NCBI GenBank assembly: GCA_048941265.1
Contig: JBHLNT010000075.1
Span: forward strand, 1 to 19,011
Direction of reading: 5' to 3'
Source of the DNA: Promethearchaeota archaeon
GTDB lineage: Archaea; Asgardarchaeota; Lokiarchaeia; Sigyniarchaeales; SOKP01
Length of the DNA: 19,011 nucleotides
Position 1 is the stretch's first letter; every line of letters begins with the position of its first letter. The notes under the pieces were generated by a model. That model was not told the origin of the DNA, ran no database searches, and worked only from the letters and a program-made list of their open reading frames with translations. The position numbers were made by a program, and so were the translations under genes. This document shows, in pieces, positions 1-8,838 of the stretch.

Positions 1-767
1 TGAGATCTTTCAACATGTCGTACCTTTTTGACGAGTTGCTTGAAGCTATTCATGATATTATACATTTCTGACTTCGGATAATCATCAATATTTTTTAACA
101 CATAAAAGATATACACTTCAGCTTTTTCATATCTTTTTATCCGAAGACTAATATCAACAAGTTCTAAAAGAGCTAATTCATATAGGAATTTACTCTCGAT
201 ATTTGGAATTATTTTTTCAAAAATCCAATCAAGAATATTAGGCTGGTCAAATTTTTCGATAATATCAATTAAAAATTTCACAACAGTAAAATAAAGTTTA
301 GCATTTTCCGTCTTGGTTGAGCTTAAAAAAGAGACTAATGCGTATTTCACTCGTCCCATCGCATCCTCTAAATTTATTGGTTTTTCTGTAAATTTATAAA
401 ATGCTGATTCTAATATTGGCTTCACTTTTTCTCTGGCGTCGAAATCATACACGAAATATTCGCCCCAATTAGGACTCAGAGTTGCTGACTGTTTCGGGGC
501 ATCTTGCTTAATCTTTTGAGCTGAAGCTGATGCTTTTGATTTTGTGGTCTTTTTTGTCTCGGAAAGTACTTTGGCTTGCTCTTCAGAGATAATTTCAAGA
601 ATAATCTTATTTTTTTCCTGAGGGACAATCATTCTAAAAAAGACATCCTTATTCTCATCTTCGAATAGATCTTCTCGTAAATTCTTGGGAAATGTTATTC
701 CAGTCTTAGTTTTTTTTATTACTTCTTCAAAATAAAAATCGTCTTTTGAATCCTTTTCTTTCTCCAT
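1..767 (-). CDS. Hypothetical protein (runs off the window, >=255 aa): N-terminal AbrB/SpoVT-like domain, low-complexity linker, helical C-terminal region
   Basis: Not in the ORF track. Manual translation from ATG 767 is open to the window edge: MEKEKDSKDDFYFEEVIKKTKTGITFPKNLREDLFEDENKDVFFRMIVPQEKNKIILEII...VRHVERS. GITFPKNLREDL resembles the AbrB G-x-I-x-I-P-K-x-x-R-x-x-L motif. TATA-like TTATAAAA on the minus strand about 21 nt upstream. Confidence 0.85.
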   Translation of the reverse strand, partial: MEKEKDSKDDFYFEEVIKKTKTGITFPKNLREDLFEDENKDVFFRMIVPQEKNKIILEIISEEQAKVLSETKKTTKSKASASAQKIKQDAPKQSATLSPNWGEYFVYDFDAREKVKPILESAFYKFTEKPINLEDAMGRVKYALVSFLSSTKTENAKLYFTVVKFLIDIIEKFDQPNILDWIFEKIIPNIESKFLYELALLELVDISLRIKRYEKAEVYIFYVLKNIDDYPKSEMYNIMNSFKQLVKKVRHVERS

Positions 768-956
768 ATTTATATTGAAGAATATAATTTTTATAACTAT
801 TACCTTAAGATTGATATCGCATAATAGATGATTAAATAACCATATTCTTATTCACTATATCTCTTTTTTTTTTTTAAAAATTGAAAAGAAGGAAGAAGAG
901 AGAAAGAATTTCCTTGATAAAAAATTTATTTACCTTTTAAATTCAATACTTTTTGA

Positions 957-1541
957 CTAAGAATTAATATGTACTAGCTCAACTCCACGGACCACAAAAT
1001 CTCTGTCAATATAGGTAACTATTGCATGTCCTTTATGAATATAAACTATAGGTACAGGAAAAGAGGTCTCACTTTCCATTATGCTTTTTTTAACATACAT
1101 TGATAGAGTAGCTTTACAAACTCGACAGAGAACGTCAACTTTCTTAACTAATCGCAAACTATGAAAATTCTCTATGATCCGATCCATTTCTTGTTTAAAA
1201 TGTTTAAAAATTACAGGATTTGTATTACTATAAGAAAGAATAGAGTCAAGATCATACATCTCATTGAATTGTTTATCAATTTCTTCAATTAGGGCTTCTA
1301 AAATTTGATATTGCAGATCATTAGCTCCAATTGAATATATTAAGTTGTGCTTTCTAATATGTACAATCTTCAAATTACCTTTATTAATATGAAAGAAAAT
1401 ATCGCTAACCTTGTTTTCTTTTACTATATTTAAATCTAATATAAAACTTTTGAATGATCTGGGAGGTTTCCATTCAAATAAAACGAGATCTTCACTCGAG
1501 ATGTTTATGAATTGTATGTATTCTTTAATATCCTCTAACAT
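957..1541 (-). CDS. Longin-like domain fused to a C-terminal CxxC...HxxH putative Zn-binding domain
   Basis: 194 aa. Longin-like pattern (LKIVHIRKHNLIYSIG / QILEALIEEIDKQFNEMY / FKHFKQEMDRII), then CRVC...YIHKGHAIVTYIDRDFVVRG. The CDS is well supported; the fold is inferred. Confidence 0.65.
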   Translation of the reverse strand: MLEDIKEYIQFINISSEDLVLFEWKPPRSFKSFILDLNIVKENKVSDIFFHINKGNLKIVHIRKHNLIYSIGANDLQYQILEALIEEIDKQFNEMYDLDSILSYSNTNPVIFKHFKQEMDRIIENFHSLRLVKKVDVLCRVCKATLSMYVKKSIMESETSFPVPIVYIHKGHAIVTYIDRDFVVRGVELVHINS

Positions 1542-1635
1542 TATAATTAAGATCTATTCTATAAATTTAACTTTAACTTTTTTATTATTTACCGATTATA
1601 AATTCTTAAAATGGTATAAATATAGGTGATTAAAT

Positions 1636-2478
1636 TTGGATAAAAAAAGAAAATTCAGAGAACTTCAAGATTTCAAAAAAACGCAATTAAATGGGAAATA
1701 TGAAAACCTATCGTTTACAATTGTTTTAATTTCTCCAGAAACTGCGGGAAATATAGGTGCAATAGCAAGAGTTATGAAAAATTTCGATTTTAAAAACCTC
1801 GTTATATTTAATCCAATTGAAGAAATTAATAAGATATTAGATTATGAAACATATGGATATGCTATGCATGGTAGGGATATTCTTCAAAATGCAAAAATTA
1901 TAATTATTGATGATAAAAAGAATCATCTATCTGAACTTAAAACTCTTCTAAAAAATTTCGATTTAGTGGTTGCTACTACTGCAAAAGGAAAAAAATATAC
2001 TAATATCAAACGGATTGCAGTGTTTCCCGAAGATTTTTGGCTACCTATCTCAGAAAAACCAATAAATATTGCGATATTATTTGGTAAAGAATCACGAGGC
2101 CTAACCAATGATGAGATTAGGCTTGCTGATATGATATTAAGAATTCCGGCTAGTGAAGAATACCCTTCTTTAAATCTTTCTCATGGATGTGCAATTATTT
2201 TGTATGAAATTTTTAAAAAGTTGAATATTTTAAATGTCGGAAGAGGAAAAAAACCAGTTTTATTAGCAAATAAAATAGATCGATTGATTTTATATGATTT
2301 CATTAAAGAAGCCATTGAAATTCTTAAATTAAAAAGCTATAAAGAAGATTATGTATATCGAGCATTTAAAAATGTATTTGAACGTGCGTTTATATCAAAA
2401 AAAGAGTTAAGCTTGATGCTCGGACTCTTTTCGAAGGTTAATTCAATTTTAAAAGAAGTTAGACCCTATGAAGATTAA
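1636..2478 (+). CDS. trmJ: SPOUT RNA methyltransferase, TrmJ/TrmH family (likely tRNA C32/U32 2'-O-methyltransferase)
   Basis: Motifs PETAGNIGAIARVMKNF, AMHG, LFGKESRGLTNDE, IPASEEYPSLNLSH. TTG start with GGTGA RBS at 1625-1629. Confidence 0.88.
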   Translation: MDKKRKFRELQDFKKTQLNGKYENLSFTIVLISPETAGNIGAIARVMKNFDFKNLVIFNPIEEINKILDYETYGYAMHGRDILQNAKIIIIDDKKNHLSELKTLLKNFDLVVATTAKGKKYTNIKRIAVFPEDFWLPISEKPINIAILFGKESRGLTNDEIRLADMILRIPASEEYPSLNLSHGCAIILYEIFKKLNILNVGRGKKPVLLANKIDRLILYDFIKEAIEILKLKSYKEDYVYRAFKNVFERAFISKKELSLMLGLFSKVNSILKEVRPYED

Positions 2479-2490
2479 AAAATATAAAGA

Positions 2491-4191
2491 TTATTTTTGT
2501 ATAGGATACTTTCCTATTGTCCTTGTCGCCCTTAGTATCGCTCTCATGTTCCCTACAGGCATATCTCTTGGAATCTCACAACCAAATGCTAACCAGTATC
2601 CTCCTCCTTTGCCTGCAATTTTTATATGTTCGGCGCAATCATCATACACTGCTTTAGGACTGGCGTTGATAAGTTTATTATAATTTAAATTTCCCATAAT
2701 AGTAACCTTATCTTTGAGGAGTTGTTTAGCCCAAGCTAAATCTACTTGATAATCGAATTGGATGGCACCACCAGGATTGGTTTCTTTGACAAAGGGAACA
2801 CATTGAGGAACGTATCCACAACAATGAATTAGTGGATACATGCCCATTTTTCTTATAGCACGGCATAGTTTTTTTTCTGGTTCCAATACAAATTCTTTGA
2901 AAAACTTTGGAGACATGAAATAACCTGCAGTTTCGCCAGCTCCAATGATCTCTGCACCGGCCTCATACATTGCATTAGCTATATTAATTGCCCAGTCAGC
3001 GTACCAATCGAGTATCTCTTTAAATTCATCGGGATGGTCGAGTACATAAAATAAAAGAAACGGATCTCCGCCACCCAATAAAGCAGTTCCTTGAAAGGGG
3101 GCCTCTAACCAACCAATCAAAGGTACATCGTCTCCAATTTCCTTTTTTACGATTCTGATAGCCTTAAGAGATTCTGCTAAACGACTGGGACTCAAAGGAT
3201 CAGGCATTTTCAAGCTTTTAAAATCTTTATACAAATTCCCTTGAGATAGAACTGGCTTTACGATTCGAGGAACATCATCGTGAGGATACTCACACTTGGC
3301 TCCGCATGCCTCTGCGTATATCCCAACGTCGGAAGAAAAGCAAAATGCATCCCATCCCAGAGCATTATAAGCTTTTAACTGCCCCTCTGCCATTTTTTCT
3401 GCTTTACTCACATATTCAGAAAAGGGGATTTCCGCAAATTTTGCAGTAAAAGTTTGCGCAAATGGCATAAAAGGAATTCTATCGGGTTCTTTATGCTTAA
3501 GAGATGTCATAACACGATCATATGCGGTCATTTCAGCTTTCAGATCTTCCGAAAATTCCTTTACTTTTACTATTAATTCATTTACATCTTCTACATATGC
3601 ATCTATGTTGTATTTCTCTGCCATCGCACGAGATCCTGCCGGACCGCTAAGTATTGTCCTAATTTTATGGCGAATCCCACGATTCCATAGTTCCTGTTCT
3701 AGTTTTGCTATTTCCGCTTGAGACTGCATAAGGTATATAGCGGATGCTACAATTCTCGCATTTGAATCAGCAGCTGCTTGAGCTATCTTTTCAGGGGGTA
3801 TATCTGAGCCCACATCGATAACTTCAAAGCCATGTGCTTTTAGATTAGCAGAAACGATAGCATTCCCTATAGTCCAAGGACCTCCCATAACTCCTATTAC
3901 GACTTTCTCCTCGGGACTTTTTTCCTCTTCTGAAACAGGAAGTGATCGGGCCCCCACTTCAAAAGCCGCAGCCGAAACGACAATATCATCTAAGTACATT
4001 CCCTCTTTCTTATATTTCCGACTTATGGCAGTTATTCCAGCTGAGAGGGCTTGGATAATTTCTTGTGGAGTAAACCCTTCTCTCTTAGCTTTTCTCACTA
4101 ATTTACCTATTTCCTTATATTTTCCCCTTAAAGTTAATTCGGTAATTTCTTCTAAGATATTATTAGATATTTTAATCAGCTCGTTTTTCAA
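2491..4191 (-). CDS. Fusion of corrinoid-protein domains (cap + B12-binding Rossmann) and an MtaA/CmuA-type (URO-D fold) methyltransferase
   Basis: aa 1-220: helical cap then KVVIG...GFEVIDVGSDIPPEK...RGIRHKIRTILSG. From aa 221: MTAYDRV...PDRIP, and Zn motifs IHCCG and FGCEIP. TTG start. Confidence 0.88.
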   Translation of the reverse strand: MKNELIKISNNILEEITELTLRGKYKEIGKLVRKAKREGFTPQEIIQALSAGITAISRKYKKEGMYLDDIVVSAAAFEVGARSLPVSEEEKSPEEKVVIGVMGGPWTIGNAIVSANLKAHGFEVIDVGSDIPPEKIAQAAADSNARIVASAIYLMQSQAEIAKLEQELWNRGIRHKIRTILSGPAGSRAMAEKYNIDAYVEDVNELIVKVKEFSEDLKAEMTAYDRVMTSLKHKEPDRIPFMPFAQTFTAKFAEIPFSEYVSKAEKMAEGQLKAYNALGWDAFCFSSDVGIYAEACGAKCEYPHDDVPRIVKPVLSQGNLYKDFKSLKMPDPLSPSRLAESLKAIRIVKKEIGDDVPLIGWLEAPFQGTALLGGGDPFLLFYVLDHPDEFKEILDWYADWAINIANAMYEAGAEIIGAGETAGYFMSPKFFKEFVLEPEKKLCRAIRKMGMYPLIHCCGYVPQCVPFVKETNPGGAIQFDYQVDLAWAKQLLKDKVTIMGNLNYNKLINASPKAVYDDCAEHIKIAGKGGGYWLAFGCEIPRDMPVGNMRAILRATRTIGKYPIQK

Positions 4192-4376
4192 TTAAGTAAA
4201 AATGTTAAAATGAATATATTAAAGAAAATTAATTGATAATTGAATGAGCTTCTATAAAAATATTTAGAAAACCCTTTTTTCATTAAGGTATATATAGAGG
4301 AAAAACAATTGTTAAATCAATAATTTGATCTTTAATAATCTCTTTTGGTAGAATAATTAAAATAGAATGATTGATT

Positions 4377-5774
4377 ATGAGTAAAAAAACAAAATCAGGG
4401 GAAGATATAACCACCAAAGGTTTTTTAGCATTTGGAATCGGTCAATTCTCAGATGCTATAGCACTTCAAATGATCACAATTTATCTTTTTACTTTTTACT
4501 TCGCAATAGTGGGATTAAATGTAAATCTCATTACAATAGGATTTATACTTTGGTCTATATGGAACGCTATTAATGATCCATTACTCGGAGCATTATCCGA
4601 TAGAACTAAAACGAGATGGGGAAGACGTACCCCATATATTGTAGGGGGTCTTTTTCCTTTATGTGTCGTAATAGTTTTACTATACGTTCCACCTGTAGGT
4701 GTAGAAATAATTTCCTTTATTTACTTTCTTATCGTATTGATTTTATTTGATGCATTTTTTACAATGTATGATTTAAATTATTGCGCACTTTTTCCTGAGC
4801 AATTCAAAGATTTAGACCAAAGAGCTAAAGCGAGTGCTTTTAAGCAACTATTTACTATAATCGGTTTGCTGTTTGTATTCATAATCCCTACAATTATCAT
4901 TCCTGATTTAACAAATAAAAAATATATTGTTAATTATATGTATGCCGCACTTACAATGATAATTTTCATAATTTTAGGGGCAGCAATAATGATAAAATTT
5001 GGAATAAAACAAAGAGTAGAATTTTCTGAAGATTATAAAACCGCTCCTCCTATTTTGACTTCATTAAAATTTTCATTGAAGAATAAGAATTTTCGAATTT
5101 TTATTATAATGAATTTAATGTATTGGTATGTAGTTGGGATGCTTCCAATTATTGCGCCACTCTATGGAAGATTTGTTTTAGGGATAGGAGAAGGAGATGC
5201 TTACTTATTGGGGCTCTTATTAGGATTAGCATTTATTTCTGCGGCATGTTGTATGCCTTTATGGCGTTACATCACAATCAAAGTAGGGATGAAAAAAGGA
5301 GTAATGATCTCAATTATCACGTTTATTGTGACCCTTTCACCTTTCATGTTTATATATGATATCTCAACAGCTTTTTTCGCATTTATATTTGTTGGTTTAG
5401 GTCTTTCAGGTGCCATCTATTTTGGAGATATTATTCTCTCTGCAATTATTGATGATGATGAATTAAAAATAGGTACTAGACGTGATGGAGGATATTTTGG
5501 CATAAATGCGTTGATTACTAAATTATCCACAATTTTGGTAATAATTAGCATTAGTCTTGTTTTTAATACCGTCGGGTGGGCTGTATTCGAACCTGTTGCT
5601 ACTGAAAATATAATATTAGGACTAAGGATATTGATGTTTGTTTTCCCGGCAATAGCATTAACCATTGGTCTGATTGTGATTTCTCGTTTTCCAATTACAA
5701 AGGAAAAATATGAACAATTAAAACAAGATATCGAAAAATTGCATGTTGAAAAAAGAGAAAAACAAAGAAAATAA
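4377..5774 (+). CDS. MFS transporter, GPH (glycoside-pentoside-hexuronide:cation symporter, MelB-like) family
   Basis: WNAINDPLLGALSDRTKTRWGRRTPY signature, many hydrophobic segments, IDDDELKIGTRRDGGYFG motif. ATG 4377 preferred over TTG 4371. Confidence 0.9.
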   Translation: MSKKTKSGEDITTKGFLAFGIGQFSDAIALQMITIYLFTFYFAIVGLNVNLITIGFILWSIWNAINDPLLGALSDRTKTRWGRRTPYIVGGLFPLCVVIVLLYVPPVGVEIISFIYFLIVLILFDAFFTMYDLNYCALFPEQFKDLDQRAKASAFKQLFTIIGLLFVFIIPTIIIPDLTNKKYIVNYMYAALTMIIFIILGAAIMIKFGIKQRVEFSEDYKTAPPILTSLKFSLKNKNFRIFIIMNLMYWYVVGMLPIIAPLYGRFVLGIGEGDAYLLGLLLGLAFISAACCMPLWRYITIKVGMKKGVMISIITFIVTLSPFMFIYDISTAFFAFIFVGLGLSGAIYFGDIILSAIIDDDELKIGTRRDGGYFGINALITKLSTILVIISISLVFNTVGWAVFEPVATENIILGLRILMFVFPAIALTIGLIVISRFPITKEKYEQLKQDIEKLHVEKREKQRK

Positions 5775-5888
5775 TTGATGATTGCCTTTTTTTCATTTAA
5801 AAACTATTTCTATTTTTTTTATTAATTAAATCTTTTAAATTTAATTATCATACTTATAAATTAGATTTTACTATAAAAGTGATAAGAT

Positions 5889-7304
5889 GTGAAAAAAGAA
5901 GATATTTGTTTTATGTCTGCTTGGGATATGGCAGAAAAAATTAGAACTCAAGAATTGACCTCTTTAGAGATAACGGAAGCGATTATTGAGAGAATAGAAA
6001 AAATTAATCCGATTATTAATGCTTATTGTACTACATCCTTCGATTTAGCCAGAGAGATGGCAAAAAAAGCAGACAATACATTTAAAAAGGGGGAAAAGTT
6101 AGGGCTCTTATATGGAATACCTACATCTATTAAAGATCTCATAGAAACTAAGGGTATTAGAACTACCTTTGGAAGCAAAATTTATGAAAATCATATCCCT
6201 GAAGAAGATAATATGACAGTTAAAAAGTTAAAAGAAGCAGGGATTGTACTTCTTGGAAAGACCAATACTCCAGAGGATGGACATAAAGCCGTGACAGACA
6301 ATTTAATTTTTGGGGAATCAAAGAATCCGTGGAAACTGGATCGAACATGTGGAGGTTCGAGTGGAGGGGCAGCTGCCGCCGTCGCTTCAGGATTAGGTCC
6401 ATTAGCATTAGGGTCTGATGGGGGTGGCTCAATCAGAATACCTAGCTGTTTCTGCGGAATTTATGGATTAAAACCCAATTTTGGGAGAATTGCTAGAAAG
6501 TTTAGACATCTTGCATTTTGTACGATGTCTCATTACGGCCCAATCGTAAGGTATGTAAAGGATGCTGCTTTAATGCTGGATGTAATGGCAGGTTCAGATC
6601 CAATTGATAAATACTCAATACCCCAACCAGATGTGAGTTTCTTAAAAGCTCTAAATGAAAAGCCAAATAGATTAAAAATCGGCTATTCTCTTGATTTAGG
6701 GTATGTTAAAGCTTTAGATGAAGAAGTTGAGCAAACAATTCTTAATGCTGTTAAAAAATTTGAACAATTTGATTGGTCAGTCGAAAAGAGTAAAATAAAA
6801 TTAAGAAAGGCCCCGGCAGTTATGGCTACATTAGTAACTTCTCCCTTTGCTTTTGATTATAAACCATTTTTAAAAGAATGGAGGGATAAAATAAGTCCTA
6901 CTTTACTCAGATTAATTGATGCAGGCATGAATCTTTCTGCTTTGGAATTTTTGAAAGCAGAGTCCCAAAGACAAGATATTGAACAAGTGGTTTATCAATT
7001 CTTTAAGAATTTTGATATTTTAATTACTCCAACTACGGCAGTTCCCCCTTTTGAATTAGGTAAAATGTTCCCCGAAAAAATCGCGGGTAAATCTGTATCT
7101 CCTGTGGGATGGATGCCTTTTGCTTTTCCATTTAATTTAACATGGAATCCCGCTGCTTCTATTCCATGTGGATGGACTAATGACGGATTACCAATTGGGA
7201 TGCAGATTGTCGGAAGAAAGTGGGATGAGGCTACAGTGCTTCAAGTTTCAAAAGCTTTTGAAGAAATAGCCCCATGGCAGGATAAAAAACCAACTTTTAG
7301 TTAA
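5889..7304 (+). CDS. Amidase-signature family amidase
   Basis: GIPTSIKD (catalytic Lys), GKTNTPE, GGSSGG, GSDGGGSIRIPS (nucleophile), GLPIGMQIVG. No gatB/gatC neighbours. Confidence 0.92.
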   Translation: MKKEDICFMSAWDMAEKIRTQELTSLEITEAIIERIEKINPIINAYCTTSFDLAREMAKKADNTFKKGEKLGLLYGIPTSIKDLIETKGIRTTFGSKIYENHIPEEDNMTVKKLKEAGIVLLGKTNTPEDGHKAVTDNLIFGESKNPWKLDRTCGGSSGGAAAAVASGLGPLALGSDGGGSIRIPSCFCGIYGLKPNFGRIARKFRHLAFCTMSHYGPIVRYVKDAALMLDVMAGSDPIDKYSIPQPDVSFLKALNEKPNRLKIGYSLDLGYVKALDEEVEQTILNAVKKFEQFDWSVEKSKIKLRKAPAVMATLVTSPFAFDYKPFLKEWRDKISPTLLRLIDAGMNLSALEFLKAESQRQDIEQVVYQFFKNFDILITPTTAVPPFELGKMFPEKIAGKSVSPVGWMPFAFPFNLTWNPAASIPCGWTNDGLPIGMQIVGRKWDEATVLQVSKAFEEIAPWQDKKPTFS

Positions 7305-7398
7305 TTAAGATCATTGGTAAAATTTGTTGAATTAAATAGTATAAATATGGATTGTTCCTTAAGTTAAGTATTATGTAATGATATGGAGGATAGAAATC

Positions 7399-8058
7399 TT
7401 GATTTATTTAGAAGAAAAATTTAATCTCATACCTGCCAGCCCGGTAACTCTTGAAGAATTTGTGAATTTTGCCCAGAAACAACTTGTTCCCGTCTGTGAA
7501 CGCCTTGGAACACGCCTTATTGCTGGTTGGTACACTAACTCCGAATGGTTCTCTCAAGTAACCCAAATTATAGAATTCGATGATATGGAAGCATTAAAAG
7601 CTTTCCGTATGAAAACCAGCCAAGATTCAGCATGGGGCGAATACGCAGCCCGTTTGGAGGATTTTGCCCCAGAACGGCGATCCCGGTTGCTAGAACCATT
7701 AGGACCTATACAGCCAAAAGTCTTACATAAAGCAATTAGAAGAAGCCAAAAAAAACCCTTAAAAGTCTATCTTTTGGCAACACTCGAGGTAGCTCCTAAC
7801 AAAATGCCAGATTTTCTTAATGGAATGGAACAAGCATCTAAAATGTTCCCGATTATAGCTAGTTGGCGTCCAATCGGCGGAAGCCCTAATGAAGTAATTG
7901 ATCTATGGAAGGGTGTCAAACTAATAACGGATGGATTTATAACGGGATACGAACCACCTAACGACTTTAGCAGAGAATTCTTTACCCAACTCCGGCAAAT
8001 CGCACCGAAAGAGCATGCGGAGCTGGTATTTACACTGCCCTATGCCCAATTACGATAA
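7399..8058 (+). CDS. NIPSNAP-like (dimeric alpha-beta barrel) two-domain protein
   Basis: (M)IYLEEKFNL...LIAGWY...IIEFDDMEALKAFR...DSAW...RSRLLEP, followed by a second related repeat (IIASWRPIGGSPNEVIDLW). GGAGG at 7385-7389 favours the in-frame TTG 7399 over ATG 7378. Confidence 0.72.
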   Translation: MIYLEEKFNLIPASPVTLEEFVNFAQKQLVPVCERLGTRLIAGWYTNSEWFSQVTQIIEFDDMEALKAFRMKTSQDSAWGEYAARLEDFAPERRSRLLEPLGPIQPKVLHKAIRRSQKKPLKVYLLATLEVAPNKMPDFLNGMEQASKMFPIIASWRPIGGSPNEVIDLWKGVKLITDGFITGYEPPNDFSREFFTQLRQIAPKEHAELVFTLPYAQLR

Positions 8059-8063
8059 ATCTA

Positions 8064-8073
8064 TTTTTTTTTT
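8064..8073 (+). terminator. Oligo-T terminator candidate after the NIPSNAP-like gene
   Basis: T10 starting 6 nt after the stop at 8058. Confidence 0.55.
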
Positions 8074-8082
8074 AAAATAAAA

Positions 8083-8724
8083 TTAAATGAAGAAATTTTG
8101 TTGTAGTTCTATATATTCGTAATAATCTTTGAGATATATCTCAATCAATTCGAAGATAATTTCATAAAATTGGCGGAATAATTCTTCAGGAAATACATTC
8201 ATTTCAAACACCAATTTTGTAATCAATTCTTCACAGAGAATTTGAAGATTTATTGGCTGATCGTTCAATAAAAAATTCATCATTGCCTTATCGACTTCTT
8301 GCTTTACAATACTTTTTGCCAATTTAAATCCAATGTCCGTTTTTAGATCCATATAATAGGGATAATTCTTGTCATCTAAAATTTTTACAAAATTTAATTC
8401 ATACGTTAGCTTTTCTACTGAATAATCTAATGAACTTTGTTGAATGCCAAACTTCTTACAAAATCTCTTTTTAGATTCATGAGCAGGAAATGCTTGGGGA
8501 TGTCGAAATACAATATAATAGGCTGCGATAAAAAATTTATACAAATTATGGGGAACTTTGCTGTTATTTTTAAGAAATCTATATATTATTGATATACAGT
8601 CCAAGATGATTTCATAATTTATATCGAATCCTTCTAAAAATTCGTATCCTTCTTTAAGGAAATCGATGATTATCTGATCTTTCGTGTTTAAATTGTCTTG
8701 TTTTATGTTAATTAATTCTAACAT
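8083..8724 (-). CDS. Hypothetical protein with a cyclin-fold/TFIIB-repeat-like segment
   Basis: FFIAAYYIVFRH...SKKRFCKKFGIQQSSLDYSVEKLTYEL resembles the TFIIB repeat AAxxYxxxR...HTH. Start is ATG 8724 or GTG 8733, with GAGGT upstream. Confidence 0.55.
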   Translation of the reverse strand: MLELINIKQDNLNTKDQIIIDFLKEGYEFLEGFDINYEIILDCISIIYRFLKNNSKVPHNLYKFFIAAYYIVFRHPQAFPAHESKKRFCKKFGIQQSSLDYSVEKLTYELNFVKILDDKNYPYYMDLKTDIGFKLAKSIVKQEVDKAMMNFLLNDQPINLQILCEELITKLVFEMNVFPEELFRQFYEIIFELIEIYLKDYYEYIELQQNFFI

Positions 8725-8818
8725 ATTACACACATACCTCTTACTTGAATATTATTGAATTTTATTAAGGCGATAATATTCCGATATATATCTTAAGATC
8801 ATCCTCATATATAAATGT

Positions 8819-8838
8819 ATGCATCACTGAAGATGCAT
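8819..8838. promoter_or_regulatory. Palindromic operator candidate ATGCATC-N6-GATGCAT between divergent TATA boxes
   Basis: Perfect 7-bp arms at 8819-8825 and 8832-8838. TTTATATA on the minus strand at 8815-8808 and TTTAAATA on the plus strand at 8862-8869. Confidence 0.5.

Noticed and set aside
1411-1629. 72-aa plus-strand ORF
   Set aside because: Antisense to the longin-like gene, crosses the promoter region, and has no recognisable motif.
1923-2683. ORFs 1923-2108 (-) and 2468-2683 (+)
   Set aside because: Antisense shadows of trmJ and the methyltransferase.
5123-6432. ORFs 5123-5359, 5417-5665 and 6220-6432
   Set aside because: Nested within or antisense to well-supported MFS and amidase genes.
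5889-7304. gatA assignment for the amidase
   Set aside because: No gatB/gatC neighbours and no GatA-specific segment recognised; called a generic amidase.
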